DNA from: Nitrosopumilus sp.
GTDB taxonomy: Archaea; Thermoproteota; Nitrososphaeria; Nitrososphaerales; Nitrosopumilaceae
Direction of reading: 5' to 3'
Length of the DNA stretch: 64,000 nt
Assembly (NCBI GenBank): GCA_965218695.1
Contig: OZ244651.1
Coordinates: 2,240,001-2,304,000, forward strand
The notes under the pieces are model-generated. The model searched no databases. It was given only the letters and a program-made list of their open reading frames with translations, and was not told the origin of the DNA. Below, piece after piece: positions 28,724 to 36,949 of this stretch. The first letter of the stretch is position 1. Each line of letters starts with the position of its first letter. A program made the translations under genes and the position numbers.

Positions 28724-29794
28724 TTACAGTTGTAAAGTCGTGCGTACCGCGTTGTTCCACGCCATCTTGTGGACGTACTTGATCCTGTAGTCGTCTTCCA
28801 CGAGTCCGGCGTACAGTTTAACGAATCCGTCCATGTCGTCCAAAAGCGACAAGGCCCATTTGATGCCGTCCAAGACGCTAGATACAATCACTTGGCAGCC
28901 GTGTTCCATCCCGATCCGTTCCGCTTCCAGCACTGCCGCTCCCATGTCGCCGACCGGCGTAGCGGCCAGCAGTCTGTATTTGTTGGCAGATGGGGCTTTG
29001 GAACCGCCTCTTACGCGCCGCACGATCACTGGGGTGATCGACTTTCCAGGCCGGATCTCGACTAACTCGTAGACGAATCCGGTATCTGGATCGAACTCCT
29101 TCACGTGCCCGAACGCGCTAGCTCCCGTACCGCGCACAACCGTCTCGGTTACCGACGCGCCGCCCCACGCGCCGTTTCCAGCAGCTTCCCTGTAGGCAGC
29201 ATGAACTGCCAGCGTAGGAAGTCTTATCCTTGCCTGGTCGCCGCACTTGAAGTGCTTTTCAAGTATCCTTTCCACATCATTTGCAGTCAGGCCTACGGGC
29301 CTGTCGAGTTTTGCCTTCCCTATCTCGCGCAAGTCAACCAAGACCTTGAGCGCGTAAACCAGAAGGTCTCTCGGATTGGCCTTGCCGTCCTCCACGTGGC
29401 CCAGCATGGACAAGAACGCCTCCCTGACTCCCCCGCCACCGATGTCGCCGGGATATTCAAATCCATACGGCGCCTTCCAGTCAAACGAATGATCAGACCA
29501 CCCCGATCTCCGATCCGCAGAGAAGCCGTTGGACTCCAGAAACGGCGTGACAGTCCCGGCATCCAGATTGCGCCCGGAATAGCCGCCCGGAATGTCTGAG
29601 CGGTGCAGCCGCACGTCCTGTCCGGGATCGGTGCATTTCTTGAGCAACGACGTGATCATGACCGTGACTGCCGCCCCGTTGCCTGACGACGCCACCGTTT
29701 CCACCATTTCCTTGGCCAGCTTGTACGGTGCGTGCCCGCCACCGGAGGCAGCTATATTCAGGCATTCTCGGAGAATATGACGTGCATTCATCAT
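28724..29794 (-). CDS. restriction-endonuclease-like protein (SacI-like), apparently altered active site
   Basis: TSLLKK..P.QDVRLH....GGYSGR.LD...TPFL..SGW..PY..YPG pattern; CTTATAT box about 25 nt before ATG 29794. Confidence 0.6.
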   Translation of the reverse strand: MMNARHILRECLNIAASGGGHAPYKLAKEMVETVASSGNGAAVTVMITSLLKKCTDPGQDVRLHRSDIPGGYSGRNLDAGTVTPFLESNGFSADRRSGWSDHSFDWKAPYGFEYPGDIGGGGVREAFLSMLGHVEDGKANPRDLLVYALKVLVDLREIGKAKLDRPVGLTANDVERILEKHFKCGDQARIRLPTLAVHAAYREAAGNGAWGGASVTETVVRGTGASAFGHVKEFDPDTGFVYELVEIRPGKSITPVIVRRVRGGSKAPSANKYRLLAATPVGDMGAAVLEAERIGMEHGCQVIVSSVLDGIKWALSLLDDMDGFVKLYAGLVEDDYRIKYVHKMAWNNAVRTTLQL

Positions 29795-29809
29795 TTTTGC
29801 AGGGAAGAA

Positions 29810-29995
29810 ATGGCATATAAGCGCGGCACTCAGCGTCAGGAGGTAGCGGCTGGCGGCAATCCTCCGGGAACTGACGTTCTCTGCGGACTGGACATAAATC
29901 TTGTATTGCTCAAGAATGTCTGCGGTAAAGGAGCCATCATATGTTTTCTTGGTCTTGCGAACCAGATCCTCGTCCTGTCGGTCAGTCACGCACAT
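29810..29995 (-). pseudogene. N-terminal fragment of a small membrane protein (EQYK.YV..A..VS.RR family)
   Basis: ILEQYKIYVQSAENVSSRRIAASRYLLTLSAAL then breaks off, fused in frame to the next gene. Confidence 0.5.
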
Positions 29996-30181
29996 AGTGG
30001 GCGGATGGTCGGGTGGCTTGCCTGCATCGTGTAGTCGCTCTTGCACCAACCACATCTGCGCCCGTCTTTCCAGATGTTTACTTCAAACCATTCCATTGCT
30101 GTCTCGTCATCGGGAAACTTTTCAAACAGTTCTGTCAGGGTTATCCCCTTGCCGATGCGGTCTTGGGGCGGTCTGGGCACG
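29996..30181 (-). pseudogene. IS1595-family transposase N-terminal remnant
   Basis: LTELFEKFPDDETAMEWFE..W..G..CGWC zinc-ribbon N terminus; DDE domain missing. Confidence 0.75.
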
Positions 30182-30192
30182 TACCCGTTCTG

Positions 30193-30285
30193 GTAACTGC
30201 TTAGGTTCACGCCTAGGCTCGTCTTGCAATTGGTCAAGTTTACGCCTGCTAATCCTGAAATTCACGTACGAACCTAAGCAGTTAC
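30193..30285. mobile_element. 93-bp MITE with GTA ends
   Basis: TIRs GTAACTGCTTAGGTTC / GAACCTAAGCAGTTAC; direct repeat CCCGTTCTG (30184-30192, 30286-30294). Confidence 0.88.
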
Positions 30286-30335
30286 CCCGTTCTGCGACGA
30301 ATGATTTAATTTAGAACCGCGACAGGTAGCATCTA

Positions 30336-31457
30336 GTGAATTTTACAGACATCGGTCTTGACCAAATCTTCTCAACAGGCGACGACACCAACCCCCTGCT
30401 GATGCTGGTCTGGATCCTGCCGATAATCCTCTTTGTGTTCTACGGACAACGGATCCAGCTGTATGTGACCTCGGGGGAGATCAACAAGGCCATCAAGAAG
30501 CTTGACGGGTTCAGGACAGAGGCCAGAACCGAACTAATCAACTATGTGAATCAGAACCTAGAGCCAAAAGACGATCCGGTAAGGAAGATTAACCGCTTTC
30601 TGGACTATTTCACGATCATGCCAGTAGACATGGATCCTGCAGGCATAGTGGAAAAGGTCAGGCACACAGTCAGATCCAGGGAGGACTACACCAGGGAGCA
30701 TGCACGGTCACTCTCGCCTGGAGTCGGTGATCTGGAACTGAGCAAGGTTCAGACCCTAATCGAGATTGCATCCTCGCTGCAGATGATTCACAAGATCATC
30801 AACCACATGTTCCTGACTGCAAAGAGACAAAACAACTATCCGCTGATCCTGCCCCTGCAGATGATTCTCCCATTCATAATGGAGCATGCAGTGGCGATGA
30901 AGGAGGCAATCCCCGCATTCAAGTCAGGACAGCCCATAGGCGACGGGATAGGGCCCATGGTGGTTGGAAGAATGATGTTGGAGAGCAAAAAGGAGGCAGC
31001 GGCGTTTCAGACGGTTCTGGCAAGGACCGAGTTTGAGGGCAGGACGGTGCTTCTCCTGAAGGCAAAGGGGCCTGACTCCACTGTGGGACGGCCTGCAGAC
31101 GCGCTGGAGGGCATCATCTCCAAGGACAGGATGGACATGATAATAATGGTCGATGCGGCACTAAAGATGGAAGGTGAGGAGTCTGCGTCCGTGGCGCACG
31201 GGTTTGGCGCGGCAATAGGAGGAATCGGGACGGAGAGGTTTCAGATCGAGGCGGTTGCAACCGACAACGGCATCCCGGTACTCTCGATTGTGGTAAAGCA
31301 GTCGGTCCGGGAGGCCATAACCCTCATGACCAGGAACATATCCAATCAGGCAGACAACGTGCGATCCCAGGTGTATGAGATGATTCTTGAAAATACCCGG
31401 CCGGGCCAGTCAGTACTGGTGATTGGCGTGGGCAACACGGCAGGAGTTCTGCAATGA
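30336..31457 (+). CDS. DUF1512 family protein
   Basis: DMDPAGIV, PIGDGIGP, VDAALKMEGE, GAAIGGIG, IGVGNT. Confidence 0.88.
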   Translation: MNFTDIGLDQIFSTGDDTNPLLMLVWILPIILFVFYGQRIQLYVTSGEINKAIKKLDGFRTEARTELINYVNQNLEPKDDPVRKINRFLDYFTIMPVDMDPAGIVEKVRHTVRSREDYTREHARSLSPGVGDLELSKVQTLIEIASSLQMIHKIINHMFLTAKRQNNYPLILPLQMILPFIMEHAVAMKEAIPAFKSGQPIGDGIGPMVVGRMMLESKKEAAAFQTVLARTEFEGRTVLLLKAKGPDSTVGRPADALEGIISKDRMDMIIMVDAALKMEGEESASVAHGFGAAIGGIGTERFQIEAVATDNGIPVLSIVVKQSVREAITLMTRNISNQADNVRSQVYEMILENTRPGQSVLVIGVGNTAGVLQ

Positions 31458-31636
31458 TTCACATGGAGAGGAAACTCACCAGAGAGTACACCGTTGAAAA
31501 GTGCACAAAGTGCGGCTCCTTGGAACAGAGAAAGTTTTCTGCAGGTGACATTCTGTTCAACGTATCTGGCAAATGCGCCTCATGCGACGGCGCGATGCGC
31601 ATCGAGAAGATCTTTGGCGAGACGCTATTCTACTAG
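31454..31636 (+). CDS. small zinc-ribbon protein
   Basis: CTKC..RKF..GD..CASC; ATGA-coupled to DUF1512. Confidence 0.8.
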   Translation: MIHMERKLTREYTVEKCTKCGSLEQRKFSAGDILFNVSGKCASCDGAMRIEKIFGETLFY

Positions 31637-31646
31637 ACTGTCATTA

Positions 31647-32558
31647 TTATGCCTCGGTGGTGATGGTCACGCCGTTCTCGTTTGGAATAAACGTGTGTTC
31701 TGCCTGGGCCACCCTCTGCTCGTGTATCTCTACAAGGACTGGATATGCCTTGACTGCCTTCTTTTTAACCAGAAACTCCAGCAGTCTTCTTGCCTCGGCC
31801 CCCTCAAACTCTTCTGTCAGCCACCTAAGCGCAAAGGGCAGCATGTTAAAGCTCTCCCAGATAAAGTCAAGCATCCTATCTGCCTCCTTGTCCTTTGTCC
31901 TTTTACGGGAGTTCAAGGCAAAGATGTTCTTTGTCTTTCCGTTCCTGACGAATCCTCCCCCGTTCTTGGTTGTGACAAACGGCTCGCACGCATAGGCTGC
32001 GCCGCTTGAAAGTGAAAATCCTCCAATCGACCACGTGTTTGGGATGGTCTTTCCTGCGTGTATGGTGTACTGGTCCAGCGAATGGCCGCTGAGGTTTATG
32101 ATGGGTTTGGCCCCCATCTGCTTTATCGTCGACTCGATGGTCCGTCCGATATCCCTTGCCTTTACGTCTGCCTTTATCATCGCCATCGCGTTCTTCAGTG
32201 CCTTCTCGGATGCCTCAACAAGGCCGTCATATCGGGTATCATAGCACACAGTCACTGCCGTGTCTGCAATGTATCCGTTTATCTGCGCCCCAAGGTCAAT
32301 CTTAACCAGATCGGTGTCCTTGATGGTGATTGGATCGTTTGGTTCTGCCGTATAGTGTGCTGCAACCTCGTTGATGCTGGTGTTTACCGGAAACGCACAC
32401 TTTGCGCCCCTGCTTCTAATCTGGCCTTCCACCTCCTCACATATCTCATAAACTGTCATTCCAGTCCAGTCTTTTGCCCTGACCATCTCCCTTACCTGGG
32501 ATGCAATCTTTCCGGCCTTGAGATAGTCGTCTGTCTGCATATCATGGATTCCCTGCAT
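31647..32558 (-). CDS. map: type II methionine aminopeptidase
   Basis: AFPVNTSINEVAAHY, KIDLG..GYIADTA, NLSGH, CEPF, AQAEHT. Confidence 0.97.
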   Translation of the reverse strand: MQGIHDMQTDDYLKAGKIASQVREMVRAKDWTGMTVYEICEEVEGQIRSRGAKCAFPVNTSINEVAAHYTAEPNDPITIKDTDLVKIDLGAQINGYIADTAVTVCYDTRYDGLVEASEKALKNAMAMIKADVKARDIGRTIESTIKQMGAKPIINLSGHSLDQYTIHAGKTIPNTWSIGGFSLSSGAAYACEPFVTTKNGGGFVRNGKTKNIFALNSRKRTKDKEADRMLDFIWESFNMLPFALRWLTEEFEGAEARRLLEFLVKKKAVKAYPVLVEIHEQRVAQAEHTFIPNENGVTITTEA

Positions 32559-32612
32559 GCCATTAAAATGATTATCTGTGAGGCTTAAATTGGGTTGTTT
32601 TTAGGATTCGTT

Positions 32613-32686
32613 GGGATCGTGGTCTAGCTTGGTATGATTCTGCGTTTGGGACGCAGAGGTCGCGCGTTCAAATCTCGCCGATCCCA
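32613..32686 (+). tRNA. tRNA-Pro (TGG), intronless
   Basis: acceptor GGGATCG/CGATCCC, anticodon arm CTGCG-TTTGGGA-CGCAG, TTCAAAT T-loop; CTTAAA box about 25 nt upstream. Confidence 0.95.
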
Positions 32687-32829
32687 TATGTTATAACCGA
32701 GCCAAGACGTGGTGTGGGTGCCGGGCAATGAAGAAGAGTTAGAGTGATGATGATGATTATACAGTGAAATAACCCAATTGGCACTGAGCTCCGGCATGTT
32801 TTTATGAATTCCAGCATCCATTACTCCTG

Positions 32830-33075
32830 TTGAATTTTGAAAGACGAGACATAATCCTGATTGTGGGGCTTTTGCTGTTCATGATTGGGTTGATGCCGTT
32901 CATGCCTCCAATTTATGCGGTCCTCATAGTGATTGCCATGTATTTTGGAATCAAGGTGTACGTGGGACAGCGGAAACGGTCGATACTGCGCGACACAGGA
33001 GAGGGAATATGCATGGAGTGCGGCTCCAAGGTATCCGGCAAGAAGTGTCCTGTCTGCGACGCAGAGGAACAATGA
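32830..33075 (+). CDS. small membrane protein with C-terminal zinc ribbon
   Basis: two TM segments then CMEC......CPVC. Confidence 0.75.
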   Translation: MNFERRDIILIVGLLLFMIGLMPFMPPIYAVLIVIAMYFGIKVYVGQRKRSILRDTGEGICMECGSKVSGKKCPVCDAEEQ

Positions 33076-33190
33076 GCTTGCAGGGAAGCCATGCCGGTCA
33101 GAATCCGAATCATTCCCCCATTATGGGGGAAAGATGTATAACTTTAACAACAAGCTCAATTTTTACTATTTCTATTTTAAAATGATATTG

Positions 33191-35338
33191 ATGGTACAAA
33201 AAACAATGATGGCTCGGAGTCTGTATGTGATACCCTTTCTGATCCTGTTTGGGGCCGTAGCGTATGCCCAGACCGGGGAGGCACCTGCAGACGATGCCTC
33301 ACAGTCGCCCTTGATGGTGGATACGGACATGTCCGAGTATATCCATGGCGACACAATCATAATGTCTGCCCATACGTCGGTGCCCATTCCAGACGAGTTC
33401 CTGTCGTACTACGTCAGTGATCCCAACGGTCAGGTGATCCACAGGGAAACGATAGGTGGTTCTGGCGGCAATTTTGACAACCGCATATTTCTCACCGGCA
33501 ATCTTGTATACGGGACCTATGTGATCACGGCCGACTACGGCGACCAGCACGCCTCTGCAACCTTTGAGGTGACAGGCCCCGTGGTTCCCGACGTCATCCA
33601 GGTGGCAGCCTCACTGACTGTTGACTCAGACGTGGACGTTTACGTGACAGGAGACACCATGCTATTTAGCGGGGTAGTCGAGGACATCGATTCCTACAGC
33701 GCCAGCACCCCGGTAAGGATCACCATATCCTACGACGCTGCTGCGTCTGCCGGCATCAGCAGGCAGACTGGCAGCACATCCGATTATATCGTTACGTCCT
33801 TCCCTGACGGCACGGGCAGTTTTTCAGCACAGGTCAAGGCAGTCTCAAACCTCTTTGGTACAGGAAACTATGTTGTCACTGCCACATATATTGACGGCAC
33901 TGCCACAGACGCGTTCCAGGTTGTAGAACCCCTGGATCTGGACAATGCTGCAATTACTACTGACAGAGACGTGTACGGGTATGGACAGGCAGTACACCTG
34001 AACGGCACGATTCCACCAAGCGCAGTCACCTCGCTTGACATCACGCTGACGCGCCCTGACGGGACAGTCGAGGAGCATCAGGCAGACATCAGCGACCAGA
34101 GATTCTCATGGTCATGGACCGTTCCAATCACCCAGCCCGCAGGCGGCTCTGACCCCCTGGGCATTCTTGGCTTTTACACCATAGGCATCTCCGCGGAGGA
34201 CACCGACAGGGAGATCATCTTCAAGGTATCAGAAGATCCCGAAAACGACTCACTCACAGAGATTCCAATCCTTGTCCGCACCGACAAACCCGTGTATCTG
34301 GTGGAGGAGACGTTCAGCGTAACCGGAAATGTGATCGTGGGCGACCAGGGAGACGCACTTGCGCCGGACAGGGTCACAATACAGGTAAATGACGGGGTGT
34401 TCTCGTTCAGGCACATCTATGAGGCACAGGTATATCCTGATCAGGGCGGCAAGTTCTCAAGCGTCTTTGACATACCGATAACGGTGTTTGAGGAAGGCAC
34501 GTACTTTGTAAGGGCAATTTATGGGGATTCGCGGGCAGAGACCTCGTTTGATGTAGTCAGCGAGATTGACCTTGATGCCGGGGAACACGTCTCGGTGTTT
34601 GCATCCCCGGACAAATCCAGGTACAATCCCGGAGATGCCATCGTAATCACTGGGGGCACGAACAAGCCTGCGGACATAACAGAGTTTGATGTGAGCATAA
34701 TTCAGATATCAGGGACCACGTGCGAGCCCGATGTCTGCCAGACGGCATCTGCAGCTCCGGGCGAATCCGGACTGTTCACACACACGTTCGTCATTCCGGA
34801 CACCGAATCGGCCATAGGAAAGTACGCAGTTGTCGTGGATGCCGGGGTTGACACAGTATCGACCCAGTTCCAGATAGTCGGGGAGACGCCTGACCCCAGG
34901 GTAATATTTGAAAAGGGCCACAGGATACCCGAAAGAATGATTACCGTCACCACAGGAGAGAGGACGGTAGACGGCACCGCATTTGAGCCCAGGGTTGTCT
35001 TTGGCTCGGTGGTCACTGCAACCGGAAGCAGCACGTCTGATGTAAACCTCAGGGTTCTAAGCGATGCGGGAACGTGCATCATAGGCACGGCAGACGACTG
35101 TCTTGTGTCCGAGTCCACCCGAAGGCCAGGGCAGATATATGACACTGTGGATGTCGACGGGATGATGCTCAACGTGCGGTACAGCGGTCCGGACGTGCAG
35201 GTGGAAAAGTTTACGATTCTGCCTGAATCCGACGATGCCTCCCTGCCGGATGCCGGCTGGAATGTCGAGGTGGTAAAGGCCGACGAACAGGTCTCGCGGT
35301 TCTACTACAAGGTCACGTACAGGACGGCGGCACAGTAA
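33191..35338 (+). CDS. large exported protein with repeated Ig-like domains
   Basis: signal peptide, repeated TD...Y..G(D/E)....G.V and G.Y.V.A.Y modules, acidic; start moved to 33191. Confidence 0.8.
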   Translation: MVQKTMMARSLYVIPFLILFGAVAYAQTGEAPADDASQSPLMVDTDMSEYIHGDTIIMSAHTSVPIPDEFLSYYVSDPNGQVIHRETIGGSGGNFDNRIFLTGNLVYGTYVITADYGDQHASATFEVTGPVVPDVIQVAASLTVDSDVDVYVTGDTMLFSGVVEDIDSYSASTPVRITISYDAAASAGISRQTGSTSDYIVTSFPDGTGSFSAQVKAVSNLFGTGNYVVTATYIDGTATDAFQVVEPLDLDNAAITTDRDVYGYGQAVHLNGTIPPSAVTSLDITLTRPDGTVEEHQADISDQRFSWSWTVPITQPAGGSDPLGILGFYTIGISAEDTDREIIFKVSEDPENDSLTEIPILVRTDKPVYLVEETFSVTGNVIVGDQGDALAPDRVTIQVNDGVFSFRHIYEAQVYPDQGGKFSSVFDIPITVFEEGTYFVRAIYGDSRAETSFDVVSEIDLDAGEHVSVFASPDKSRYNPGDAIVITGGTNKPADITEFDVSIIQISGTTCEPDVCQTASAAPGESGLFTHTFVIPDTESAIGKYAVVVDAGVDTVSTQFQIVGETPDPRVIFEKGHRIPERMITVTTGERTVDGTAFEPRVVFGSVVTATGSSTSDVNLRVLSDAGTCIIGTADDCLVSESTRRPGQIYDTVDVDGMMLNVRYSGPDVQVEKFTILPESDDASLPDAGWNVEVVKADEQVSRFYYKVTYRTAAQ

Positions 35339-35372
35339 GTTCCAAATACTGCCTGCCACGTACTCTGGTAAG

Positions 35373-35870
35373 ATGAATCTTCAGGTTCTGATGTTCCATC
35401 AGGACGACCCAAGAAAGTGCACGGCTGCAAAGATGGTAAGGTTTGGCCTTGCCAGAAGCATCCAAAGGATTGGCAGGAGGGGGCTCGTGCTGGACCCGTT
35501 CTCAGACCAGGTACTGCTTCCCCGGGACAGGTTCCTGGTCAACGCCATAATCGGGATCGACTGCTCCTGGAGCCTTGCAGAACGGGAGTTTTCAAGACGG
35601 TTTGGCCGCATCCGCAGAAGGCTTCCGCCACTGCTTGCAGGAAACCCTGTCAACTATTCCAAACTCGGCAAGCTGACAACTGTCGAGGCACTGTCTGCGG
35701 CCCTGACAATTATGGGATTTCAGGAGCAGGCCGCCGACCTGCTTGGCAAGTTCAAGTGGGGCCACACGTTTCTTGATCTCAACAGGCACCTCCTCGAGGA
35801 GTACTCTGGGCTTGAAGACCAGGCACAGATAGAGGAAATCCTGAAAGAGTACCGCCTCGTGCAGACATGA
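35373..35870 (+). CDS. tsr3: 16S rRNA aminocarboxypropyltransferase
   Basis: QDDPRKCT, IDCSW, RRLPPLLAGNPVNY, LTTVEAL, FKWGHTF. Confidence 0.93.
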   Translation: MNLQVLMFHQDDPRKCTAAKMVRFGLARSIQRIGRRGLVLDPFSDQVLLPRDRFLVNAIIGIDCSWSLAEREFSRRFGRIRRRLPPLLAGNPVNYSKLGKLTTVEALSAALTIMGFQEQAADLLGKFKWGHTFLDLNRHLLEEYSGLEDQAQIEEILKEYRLVQT

Positions 35871-35956
35871 TGGTTGCCTCCTTGCCAGACCGAGGGGGCA
35901 TGTGGCATCAAAATATTCATAAGCAATATCTATGAGGAAGGACGGAGTTATTCCAG

Positions 35957-36922
35957 ATGAGATATGTACTTGCCCTGGCTCTGATACCGCTCCTTGCATA
36001 CACTCCGAACGCGTTTTCAGAGGGTCTTGAGGTGTTTACATCAAGCTCGGTGTACTCTCCCGTGCACAACCTGCAGATCTACGGAACCGCGCTTCCAGAA
36101 GAGAACCTGATAATACGCCTCTTTGCCCCGGACGGCTCGATTGCAAAGTTTGACCAGATAACGACAGAGCACGACGGCAGATTCAACTACAACCTGCTGG
36201 AGTGGCCCGAGCCCACCGTCGGATTCCCCTACGGAACGTACACGGTGGAGGTGATCAGCACGGTGCAAAACGGCCTGTCAGAGAGCGTCGATGTAAAGTT
36301 TTCATCCACAGCAGAGCTGCGCGATGTGCCGGTGGAAAGGCACGTCACGGTGTCGGTGTTTGCGCCCGAGACTGCCGCAATCAACCAGCCAATCAGGGTG
36401 TTTGTACAGACTACCAGCGACGGCCTGTTGCTTGGGAACAGCCCGGAAGACCTGCTTGATGATACGCACGTCCATCTGCCGTCAGGCGTCTCAGTCAAAC
36501 TCTCAGACTCCTTTGAGACGCTGCACCGGGGACTGCACTTTGTGGATTACGTCCCGGTAGAGGAGGGCACGCATGTCTTTCATGTCGTGGCATTCACTCA
36601 GGGAACCACCTCGCACGGCTCTACTGCCACCAACGTACTCAGACAGGATCTTGGCGGAATATCCGATCAGATAGTCCGGCTCAACTCCGTACTTGACGAG
36701 ACCTCAGCCGAGCTTGACGTGCTAAAGTCCCAGATTGCAGACTTTGATGTGACCCTTGACCAGGCAAGCGACACCATAAACAACAGTACCGGGGCCATCA
36801 GGGACTCGGTGGACTTTATCAGCGAGGCCTCAACCCAGCTCAACTCGCTGCTCTTCCCAATCATTGCATCAATAGGAATCATAGTGGCGCTGCAGATAGC
36901 CATCATTGCCAGAAGAAGATAG
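35957..36922 (+). CDS. exported protein with coiled coil and C-terminal membrane anchor
   Basis: signal peptide, beta-rich domains, heptad region, TM plus RRR. Confidence 0.8.
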   Translation: MRYVLALALIPLLAYTPNAFSEGLEVFTSSSVYSPVHNLQIYGTALPEENLIIRLFAPDGSIAKFDQITTEHDGRFNYNLLEWPEPTVGFPYGTYTVEVISTVQNGLSESVDVKFSSTAELRDVPVERHVTVSVFAPETAAINQPIRVFVQTTSDGLLLGNSPEDLLDDTHVHLPSGVSVKLSDSFETLHRGLHFVDYVPVEEGTHVFHVVAFTQGTTSHGSTATNVLRQDLGGISDQIVRLNSVLDETSAELDVLKSQIADFDVTLDQASDTINNSTGAIRDSVDFISEASTQLNSLLFPIIASIGIIVALQIAIIARRR

Positions 36923-36949
36923 TTATACCAACACCTACAAAAGGATGAC

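Noticed and set aside
32613-32686. tRNA-Pro as attachment site of the integrase island
   Set aside because: No duplicate of its 3' half seen, and core genes (DUF1512, map) lie between it and the island; the single C-T mismatch in the T stem is too little to call a pseudo-tRNA
32742-32790. Possible C/D box sRNA (GTGATGA ... CTGA)
   Set aside because: The C box is part of a (TGA)n run and no convincing D'/C' boxes are present
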